Assembly: GCA_965226555.1 (NCBI GenBank)
Contig: CBDDDG010000022.1
Span: 96,001-160,000 of the forward strand
Length of the DNA stretch: 64,000 bases
Reading direction: 5' to 3'
Source of the DNA: Salinispira sp.
GTDB taxonomy: Bacteria > Spirochaetota > Spirochaetia > DSM-27196 > Salinispiraceae
Shown here: positions 11,401 to 19,547 of the stretch, one piece after another
How the letters are laid out: every line of letters starts with the position of its first letter
Position numbering within the stretch: position 1 is the first letter of the stretch
Program-made: the position numbers and the translations under genes
Notes under the pieces: model-generated
Told to the model about the DNA's origin: nothing
Databases searched by the model: none
The model's input: the letters and a program-made list of their open reading frames with translations, nothing else

Positions 11401-11555
11401 GCCCGGGGAGCATCCGCATTGCCCTGCCCGCCGACACAACCCGCGCTCAAATCTGCAACTACCTCGAAGAACCCCTTGAAGACCTTAAAATTATCTCCTC
11501 CGAAATTGAACTCAGCGCCGCCCCCTTTGAGGTCAGAACAGTGCTTCTGACATAA
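8469..11555 (+). CDS. Alpha-mannosidase, GH38 (class 2C-like)
   Basis: GHSHLDLAWLWP, WLPDTFG, GDGGGGP, GELYLELHRGTYT, FHDILPGSSI. Start could be 8454 or 8469. Confidence 0.93.
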   Translation: MEPEAIVISRMRAVMVELEKRLFAEVCPLEGRITSSARAAIPRAELGQREWRAIALGERWGEPWGRAWFLFTGAVPAEVRESPERYEAHINIDAEGCVYVNGKPHIGLTHGGAPGEFYLKRKVPLRAEMFSRNSVEIFVDASANRLFGVAPGEDAEERGQRGMYRLREARVVAPDRVVEGMVFDMGFLLELALALPERSRRRRVILRSLNDAANVMDSGGGYGRAAKLLSAQIRGQGGDTGTEVISVGHSHLDLAWLWPLRETRRKAVRTSATMLRMMERYSDYVFGFSQPQMYAWIAEDEPELFTEIAARVKDGRWECFGALWVEPDTNIPSYESLIRQCLYGKQYWKSTFGIDSTVAWLPDTFGFTAALPQILKGCGIDNFITIKLSWNERNAFPYHAFQWEGIDGSRVNAHILPTHNYNFDNTPAQLREADSRWEAGGLLDSYLNLYGIGDGGGGPSIEHIEYARRAADCEGLPRVTMIGTDTFFRALRGAAPALPVWKGELYLELHRGTYTTQAEIKRLHALIELALHDLEAVSVLYRRNPPPQLESWWKILLLHEFHDILPGSSIHEVYVEAKQTLASLLADVTGAIQNIFDMSPPPIEPATGNDPAPAPAALTLVNTRGMADSGWVEQGCAHIAYDLPPFSHAVFNTVHGELPGESASEATESARAAEKPKTGEFLRQNGAYILTNGIISLRINARGAITSLRDERNGRELLEAPGARFLLWKDKPFNWDAWDVPGYYRETSPKEASMTGIDLIFNDTRGIRLKLSYAVGKSSFTCLLTLRPDSPRINIDLSIDWQERRKMLRLSLPTSIRSSFVNCGIQGGYVQRSTLMNNSWEQAHFEEPVHRFADISDARAGLALFAFAKYGFHFSDSLIDLNLLRSPIDPDPEADVGTHSIRLGLYCHNNSFHESDVIDIAEHFHHPPLVLPGAPPPALQPIRIACIDSPRTTLRIRLLKPAESGAGSILRIAETRGCPGSIRIALPADTTRAQICNYLEEPLEDLKIISSEIELSAAPFEVRTVLLT

Positions 11556-11891
11556 CCAGATCAAGTCGGTCTTTGCGAAAGGCGTTTATTGTATGAAAAT
11601 CCGGGCATTGGGTGCCTGCCGGCGAAAGAAAAATGGAAAGAATGTGGGCACGCAACAGCGGGCATTCAGCACTTTCTCATTTGAGAGTGCTTGAATATCA
11701 ATAACAAAGGATCGAAATGATTGCCTATCTATGAAGGCTAAAAAATGTCAGGAATGCATGATTTTTTTGACAGGATATTGACGAAACTTGTATCCAATTT
11801 ATGGGGATGATGACGGGGCAGCAACAAACAATTCGCGCGCTCGGGCGCTGCCCTCTTGCGGACATCCGCAGGCATGCACATGCTTTCACAT

Positions 11892-13088
11892 TCAAACTAA
11901 GGTAATAAGATATCGAAGAAATTTTTTACTTGTCTCAATGTTGATGTCGTTGTTCGGTTTCAGAATAAGCTCACGTATCGTTTCTCCATGGAATTGAGCC
12001 ACTCCTCGTGAATTTCTCCCTGCCCAATGTTTACGAATATCTGTGGTATTGAGCAAATCAGTTTGAAATACCGATACTAATGCCTGACCAGCAATTTTAT
12101 TTGGGTAAATACCGATAAAATAAAACATGAAAACACTTTTCTCATTGGATAAAAACCTCAGGAACTTATCAATATTGTAGGCCTTGGGAGAAGATTTCAA
12201 AACCATTATCTTTGTTTTAACATCGATGGCTGTATGGTAATCATCAAAAAATTTTGTATAATCGCCTAATTCATTTTTTGTTTTAAACTGAAAGAGTTTT
12301 CCAACATGTTTTCTCAATTCGTCACGGAGTTTACCTCTCATATTCTCATCTTCTCCGATAACGAGATATTCAATTACCCTGCCCCTGATATTCACGTTTT
12401 CTATGAACACAGCTTTGAGAATTTCGTCCTTACAATTATTAACCCTTCTGTTTAATTCAGATGCAAGCGTAATATATTCATTTGATTTGGTGAACTGAAG
12501 AGTTCGTTCGGGGGCTGATAAAATACACGCCTTTTGAGTGGCAGAGACTTCAAACTTACTGCCTGATGGAACAATATTTGTTGTTGCTGCAACAAGACGA
12601 TTGAGAGTATCAGTAAAATTAATTTTCTGATGTATAGCAAAAAGTTTTTCAAAATTTTCCGGGGAATTTTTAAGTCCATTAAATTCTCTCATAATATCGG
12701 CACCATTAAAGCTCCCTCTGATGTTATCAATTCGTAAATCTTGTGAGCTATGGCTGATCTTTTGCAGAAATGTTGAATTTGCCATATAGAGTATGTTTTT
12801 ATTCGGTGTTACAAGACATACAATAAACGGACGTTCATCATATTTTCGCAGAGTCGAAAGGGACAAAACGGTATTCGAAAAACTGTTGGAGGCAGATACA
12901 CTAAAGCGCAGCGCAAAATGTTCTGAATAATATACTGTCCTGTCTCTGGTCAATTTGAATTGCTCTTGTACAGATTCAGCAAGTAATGCCTTATCTGCAA
13001 TGCCGTTCTTTCTTTTAATATATGCTACCAATGCTCTTAGATTACTATTTATGACTATTGGGAACCTCTGGAAACTCGAATTTTTCAT
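11892..13088 (-). CDS. Putative restriction endonuclease (PD-(D/E)XK-like)
   Basis: Directly downstream of the MTase; candidate catalytic LGD...AIDVKTK motif. No family recognised with certainty. Confidence 0.55.
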   Translation of the reverse strand: MKNSSFQRFPIVINSNLRALVAYIKRKNGIADKALLAESVQEQFKLTRDRTVYYSEHFALRFSVSASNSFSNTVLSLSTLRKYDERPFIVCLVTPNKNILYMANSTFLQKISHSSQDLRIDNIRGSFNGADIMREFNGLKNSPENFEKLFAIHQKINFTDTLNRLVAATTNIVPSGSKFEVSATQKACILSAPERTLQFTKSNEYITLASELNRRVNNCKDEILKAVFIENVNIRGRVIEYLVIGEDENMRGKLRDELRKHVGKLFQFKTKNELGDYTKFFDDYHTAIDVKTKIMVLKSSPKAYNIDKFLRFLSNEKSVFMFYFIGIYPNKIAGQALVSVFQTDLLNTTDIRKHWAGRNSRGVAQFHGETIRELILKPNNDINIETSKKFLRYLITLV

Positions 13089-13205
13089 GATTCATTGCGT
13101 AAAACAATGTTGTTTTAAGCTCAATCATGCGGTCACTGGTTAATTTTTTCTGCCAGATATTAGGTTTCCAGAGGTTCCCTATTACTCCTTTCCTGTCATA
13201 TGCAT

Positions 13206-14162
13206 TCATCTTCTCAGCGATCCGCTTTTCATCAGCTCCGCAATCGGGGCGGGCGAATTACGTTCACGGAACACTCCATCAGCATATCCCTGAATTGCGG
13301 AATCGCGCTCTGCCATGGCTAATCGCTTTTCGGTTAAGCAACAGTATTCCTCGCTCATTTCAATGCCAATAAATTTTCTCTTGAGCTTCTTTGCTGTAAC
13401 CGATGTTGTTCCGGAACCGACAAAGGGATCCAGCACCACATCGCCTTCATTTGAGGATGCGAGAATTGCCTTGGCCACAAGTTTTTCGGGCTTCTGGGTC
13501 GGGTGGTCAGTGTTTTCTGGCATTGACCAGAAGGGAATGGTAATATCTGTCCAGAAATTTGAAGGATGCGTTAATCTGAATTTGCCATTGCCATTTTCTG
13601 TCCAGTCCTTCGGTTTGCCGTTGACCGTGTACGGAGCAATGACTTTTCGCTGTAACTTCACCGCATGAACATTGAAGGTGTAATTGTCCGATACTGTTGC
13701 AAACCACATATCCTCCGCGCAATTCTTCCAGTTCCCCAAGGCGCCGCGCCCCTTCTCCCGCTCCCAGGTGATTCTGTTCCGTATCTTAAAATGCCTGTCT
13801 AAAACAGCAAAAATCTGCTGTGAACTCTTCCAGTCGCAGCACACATACATTGACGCAGTCAGCTTGAGCGTGTGCCGTATTGCGAGTATCCAGTTTTCAA
13901 AGGTTTTCTCATACCCATTGGCGGTTTGCGCGCGAAATCTGTTGCCGCCAAAGTTTTTATTCATATTATACGGCGGGTCAATAAAGAGCAGATCAACTGA
14001 AGACTCAGGCAATAAGGGCGCAATTTCGAATATATCGGCATGAATTGTCGTGTTGATACACTTGCCATTGAAGGCTTCTTTTGTCAACAATCGCTTTTTT
14101 AAGATAGCTATTTCGTCCTCTGTCAGATATGTTGTTCTATTGTTCTTTGCCCGTTCTTTCAT
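13206..14162 (-). CDS. Site-specific DNA methyltransferase (N4-C/N6-A, beta class)
   Basis: DPPY motif N-terminal, then HPTQKPEKL and VLDPFVGSGTT. Confidence 0.92.
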   Translation of the reverse strand: MKERAKNNRTTYLTEDEIAILKKRLLTKEAFNGKCINTTIHADIFEIAPLLPESSVDLLFIDPPYNMNKNFGGNRFRAQTANGYEKTFENWILAIRHTLKLTASMYVCCDWKSSQQIFAVLDRHFKIRNRITWEREKGRGALGNWKNCAEDMWFATVSDNYTFNVHAVKLQRKVIAPYTVNGKPKDWTENGNGKFRLTHPSNFWTDITIPFWSMPENTDHPTQKPEKLVAKAILASSNEGDVVLDPFVGSGTTSVTAKKLKRKFIGIEMSEEYCCLTEKRLAMAERDSAIQGYADGVFRERNSPAPIAELMKSGSLRR

Positions 14163-16951
14163 GGTGATGACTTTAATACAGTATTGAGATACTGTCAAGT
14201 TCAATGACATGGAATATTAATATTTGAGATATCTCCATTTCATTTATTAAAAAAAACAAAGGTTCCCCCACCAGTAAAATGTGCTCTAAAGATCAGACAT
14301 CATATAGCATACCCTGAGGGTTACCTTCCAATATCGTCAAAGCTCTTATCCTATTTAAATGCGGGTGGGCAAATTGATTGCGGTAGCTGCGCAAGCAACC
14401 ATAGCAACTGGAATCGCACCCGCACCCACCTTCCACCCGCTCTTTTGATTTAGCCAGAACATTGCGAAAGATATCGACATCTTCTAGCTGTGCCACCAAT
14501 CCTGCCCCACCGGGAACATTATCATATAAAATGATCGCTATTTCATTCGGATTTTCGCCTTTAGCAATTGTCACATTCAAATCTCTATCTGGCACGCTCA
14601 ATGCTGCTGATGCTCCAAGCATAATTGAATAGGCAACAGAATATGCCTGCCATGGTTCGCAAAGTCCCGGAAACTGTAAACGCACTACATCGGTAACCAG
14701 CTCATGTCCCAATGAATATTTGCCCAATGCACATTCACAATCAGAACCCCAAGGAGTTTTATGTGATGAAGATTGTGGTTTCGTAAAGTGCGCGCCACAG
14801 GAGCGACAGATATAAAACCCCTGTTTTTTCTTGCCCTCACACAGAATAACCAAAGTACCAGGTGATGCTCTTGTTATTTTTATTTCATCAATCAATGTTG
14901 TTTGCGGCAATTCTTCATCCCTAAAACCATCGAAGAATGGTTGGGTAGTATAAAGGCGTTGAGTGCGCCTGTTTGGGATTTTTGGTTTCTTTTGCGCAAC
15001 GAATCCGAATATGGGAATGAGATATTTTTTGCTATTTTCTGATTGAGCGTCTTCTAATTTCTGAAAGTCATAAGCGTTATGGTAAGTGTAGTTTTGAATA
15101 GGACAATTTTTGCCTTTTACTATTTTAATGCCAGACGATACCCATTCTAATTTATTGGCAATTATTTTACTTCCAGCCGCATACTCAGCAATTGCTTGAG
15201 ATAAATCCCGCTGCAATGTAAGTTTATTGTTATCGGTTTCTAGTTCTACAACATCTACCGGAAAACCATACTTGGGAATGACTGCTTTACGGGAGAGAAA
15301 ATTTAATGCCGATTCACCAGAAATGGTGTCTATGCGTTTTTCTATGGCATCAGTCCCTTTGTTCATCGTAAAATGTTCTTGTCTCAATTCTTCCAATTTA
15401 TGATAATCCCCACATACTTCGCTTTCCACATTAGCAAGGCGGCTGTCAGGGCCTGTTATTTTGTCAATCCATGAATCATTGTCAATTCCCATTTTATTGT
15501 GCATGCTTTGAGGAATGATTGCGCGCAACGATCTTTTCAAATAATTATTGGTTTTACAGAATACAAACAGTTCAGATTTCGCAGCAGGATTCTCCCAATC
15601 GTGAATAAAGGATTTAACGTTCTTAAAGCGGTCTTCATTTTCCTTGAAAAAGGCAGATAAAACTGTGGCGACTACGTGTCGTAAAATAATTTTCTCGTTT
15701 GTTACTTGTAAGCGTGGCGGGTGTATTGTGCTGTTAATTATTCGCTCCTCCGGATTTTCATAGTGATAGAGATCATGAGGGTTACGACGGCAGTAGGTTA
15801 TTGCTAATCCTTGAGTATTTCGACGTCCAGCTCTTCCGACACGCTGCGTATAGTTAAAAGGCTCTGGAGGCACATTACGAAGAAAGGTAATTTCCAGATC
15901 GCCCAAATCAACACCAACCTCAAACGTAGTAGAAGAACTGAGCAGATGAATACTCCCCATTTTAAATTCATTTTGCCGTTCTTGAGCAACATTGCTACTA
16001 AGTTGAGCAGTGTGTTCTTCAGACCGCAGCGAATAGGGTAGTTCGGCATTTTCATCGCCATTGTTATATAATGCTTCCCACACACGATCCATAAGTTTTG
16101 TTGTTTCTTTTGTGTTTTTCTTCATCAGATAATTTACTGTTTGCGAGTAAGCGATAAAGAAAATGTTTTACAACAGCAGATTGAGCTCCTCCCCACTGAG
16201 ACACGTTTCGGGTGCTTCTTGGCTGTCCGTAGGTATACGCCCATTGCGGGTATGGAGAAAGTTTTTTCCAATTAGGTGTCTCTGCTTCTGTTGGTAATTC
16301 CATGGCGCGTCGCAAACGCATTTCGTTTAGGAGGTACATTAGCAGGTAATATAATTCATCATCGTTGAAGTTCCATGGAGGTTCCTGCAATGGTATTAAA
16401 TCATCCAATTTTATAAAATGTTCAGGCAGTGCCACAAACCACCGGACTAACCCTACGCCGCTGAGCGATAGCCTCTTTTCCTCCGTCAGGCTTTCCTGCA
16501 ATATTGATGTTAATATGTTCCGCCCTCTTGTTTCCTCTGTGTCATCACTTTTGAATAATCCCGCTTGCGCATATTGCTTGTATAATCTGCTTTTAAGGTC
16601 TTCAACGGATAAACCTTCTTCATTGACAGCTTCTGATCGAATGGCTCGAAGTAAAAAATTACGATCACGCAGTTTTTCGTAAGAATCTTGAGCGTACCAT
16701 GCAAAAAATGCGGCTCCTTGGCGACTGTCGGCAAAGGCCAGCACCTTGCGTCTGCCTTCGGGTAGTGACTCATGGAGGGCAGTAGCAATAACAGCATTAG
16801 GGCCGTCTGTCCCGTGTACAATTTCTTGCACAGGATCTCCAAAACTGCCTCGTTGATAGTCACAAACCTCACATTTCTCCAGTTGGTCAGGATTTTTTTC
16901 GTAAGCTTTGCATTTCCTGACTGATCTTGCTTCGAAAATTCGGACAATCCG

Positions 16952-17836
16952 CTAAGCAACACAACAGGATTCTCCTGCTGTTTTCAAAGCATAATTCATC
17001 GGACTCATATAGTCAAGAGAAGAATGAAGCCTCTCTCGGTTATACCAGTTGATGTATTCAAAAACTATCTTCCGCGCCTCCTGAAGGTTCTGAAACCTCG
17101 GCTTACCAAGCTCATTCTTCAGCGTGTGGAAAAAACTTTCCACAAAGGCATTATCGTAGCAATTCCCCCTTCTCGACATCGACTGGGTAATATGTAACAT
17201 TTCCAGTTTGTCTCGAATGCTCTGCGCGCAATACTGCGTTCCCTGATCTGAATGAAAGACCAAGCTATTCAACTCCCCGGGAGTTCTCCGTACGGCCTGT
17301 AACAGAGCCTTTTCCGTCTGTGTGCTCTCCATGGAATCACTGACATTCCAGCCCGTAATTTCCCGGGTATAGATGTCCAGAACCACAACAAGGTACGCAA
17401 ATCCTGCGCCGGCGGGCAGGTACGTGAGGTCCGATGCCCAGACCTCATTCGCTTTCGTAACCGTGGAGCTTTCAATGCGAAACACCCGCGGAGACTTCTT
17501 CTGGGATGGATTGCTCATTGTTGTTCGCGGGCGATATGCCTTCGTTCTCCCCGCATTGAGCCCCGATTCCCTCATAAGCCGGGCGACTCGGTTCCTCCCG
17601 ATTGCTTCACCATGAAGATGCAGCAGCCGGTGAATTCGGGGCGAACCGTAGCATCCCTTATTTTCAGTATACACACGCAGGATTTTACCCGTAAGCTCAT
17701 CATCCCTGCGGGTGTTTTTGGACGGTTCTCTCTTAAGCCAGTCATAGAATCCCGAGCTGGACACCTTCAGAAGTTTGCAGCATGGTGCAACAGCATGTCC
17801 GGTCTGCTTCAGCTGCTCAATTCCTCGATACTTCAT
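16952..17836 (-). CDS. IS3 transposase OrfB (DDE integrase core)
   Basis: YGSPRI, WASDLTY, FHSDQGTQY, GNCYDNAFVESFF, YNRERLHSSL; ATG overlaps the orfA stop (ATGA). Confidence 0.95.
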   Translation of the reverse strand: MKYRGIEQLKQTGHAVAPCCKLLKVSSSGFYDWLKREPSKNTRRDDELTGKILRVYTENKGCYGSPRIHRLLHLHGEAIGRNRVARLMRESGLNAGRTKAYRPRTTMSNPSQKKSPRVFRIESSTVTKANEVWASDLTYLPAGAGFAYLVVVLDIYTREITGWNVSDSMESTQTEKALLQAVRRTPGELNSLVFHSDQGTQYCAQSIRDKLEMLHITQSMSRRGNCYDNAFVESFFHTLKNELGKPRFQNLQEARKIVFEYINWYNRERLHSSLDYMSPMNYALKTAGESCCVA

Positions 17837-18123
17837 TTCAGGCTCTCCTTTCTGCAAAAAAAAACCATTGCATCATTGAGTATTGCCACCGCCTTTTTCT
17901 CGGCGCGCAGTTCCTTTCTCAATCGTTTGTTCTCGGCCAGGGCTTCCTGAAGTTCCCGAAACTCGGGACCTTTCTGGTCGTTCCGAACCCATTTCGCGAG
18001 GGTATGATAACTTGCTATACCCAGCTTTTCCGTCGCCTGCTTCGTGCCAATTTCTTTGGCAAGCTCCACAGCCTGTTCCTTAAAATCCTCAGCATAGAAT
18101 TTTCTGACTTTCCGTGTTTCCAT
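17833..18123 (-). CDS. IS3 transposase OrfA (HTH)
   Basis: FKEQAVELA...LGIASYHTLAKW HTH followed by a leucine-zipper ENKRLRKEL. Confidence 0.92.
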   Translation of the reverse strand: METRKVRKFYAEDFKEQAVELAKEIGTKQATEKLGIASYHTLAKWVRNDQKGPEFRELQEALAENKRLRKELRAEKKAVAILNDAMVFFCRKESLK

Positions 18124-19547
18124 AACACTCTCCTCTCCCTATAGTATCGTGCTTAGAAGAGTGTCCGTTAAATCGAAGCAAGATCATGACAAAAATTCTT
18201 GCTTCGCGGTTGCAACTACATTTTGGTTCAGATAAAGGATGCAATAATTCACCGCAACAACGGCATAATTCCAAATCTGTTGCGTCTGTTACGGGCAAAT
18301 AGTAATCTACCCCAAAATCTGTTTGACTCGGATCACGATTGGCTTCCACAAGTTTCCCGTTATTTTCTTTACCAACGTAATAGTGCTGTCCACATTCTCG
18401 ACAAAGGGCAATTTCCAGTGGCTTAGCTTTTCCATTGTCGCCTTTACGATTTAGTACTATAATGTCTTTGTTATTTTGATGAAGTAGGAATGCTCCTTCC
18501 AATGCGCGCAAAAACGCATGGAGTCGAGGGTGTTTTTTCGCTGGTATTGATTCACCAAAAGTAACGCCGGAATCAGAGAATGATTCTTCAAAGAGTTCCT
18601 GCGCAAAACCCGCAACAATTTTTTTATTATTGTCATTTTTGCTGGAGACAAGGGTGGCGCTTGTAGCGATACATCGAAAAGAATCTTTTTTTCCGCCATC
18701 GTACAATCGTTGTTTGAGGCGTCGAATTAACATGCCCATTTCCATGCCCTTGGTTCCACGGTACTGATGCGCTTCGTCAAGCACAATGAATTGCCAGTTG
18801 GCGCCTTTTCCGTTATCAAACAATGGACTATCATTTGGACGAATAAGTAGATATTCCAGCATTGAATAGTTGGTTAGCAAAATATGCGGAGGATTTGCCC
18901 GCATGTCCTTTCTAAAAATTAACTCTCCCGGATGAGGTTGCTGATCTGTTCCATTGCGGTACCGATTATTCTTATTCTCTGGTGTCTGCCCAATATATTG
19001 TCCAAACGTTGGCAAGAAGGAAGAATTATTTTCTTGTAATTTTTGACATATATCTCCAATCCGTTCGCGCTGATCATTTGCGAGAGCATTCATCGGATAT
19101 AGAATTAAAGCCCGAACTCCGGGATCGCTAAGCTTTCCATTCAAATGCTGCTTATATAACTCAAAAAAGATAGGGTAGAGAAAACACTCCGTTTTACCAC
19201 TGGCGGTGCCAGTTGCAATAACGGTATTTTCATTGTTCTCACACATGGCACGGATAGCATGTTCCTGATGAGAGTAGAGTTCCCTGTCAGCTAGAGCAGG
19301 AATAAGATGATTGGCTTCATTGCCAAAGTATTCTTGCGCAAGCCTGCGCGCATTTAATCCTTTCCTGAAGTCCTTTTGTTCTTCAGGGGTCACCTTCTTT
19401 AATAACTGATTCTCTTGCTCTAAGGCGGCTTGAAAAGATGCTCTCAGCGCCGGATCTTTGAAGAAAAATGAAGTTTTCAGGTAACTTTCATATCGACTAC
19501 GAACTTTTTCACAGATTTTATCAGGGGTGAGTACAGATTGGCTATTA

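Larger units (their letters stand above)
16922..18186 (-). mobile_element. IS3-family insertion sequence, 1265 bp, apparently intact
   Basis: Terminal IRs TGATCTTGCTTCGA-AAATT-CGGACA / TGATCTTGCTTCGA-TTTAA-CGGACA (TG...CA ends); 4-bp TSD TGAC at 16918-16921 and 18187-18190; carries orfA and orfB. Confidence 0.96.

Noticed and set aside
11666..11695. CIRCE-like inverted repeat CAGCACTT...GAGTGCTT
   Set aside because: Mismatches in both arms, a 10-nt spacer, and a position between convergent genes with no chaperone gene; more likely a terminator-type hairpin.
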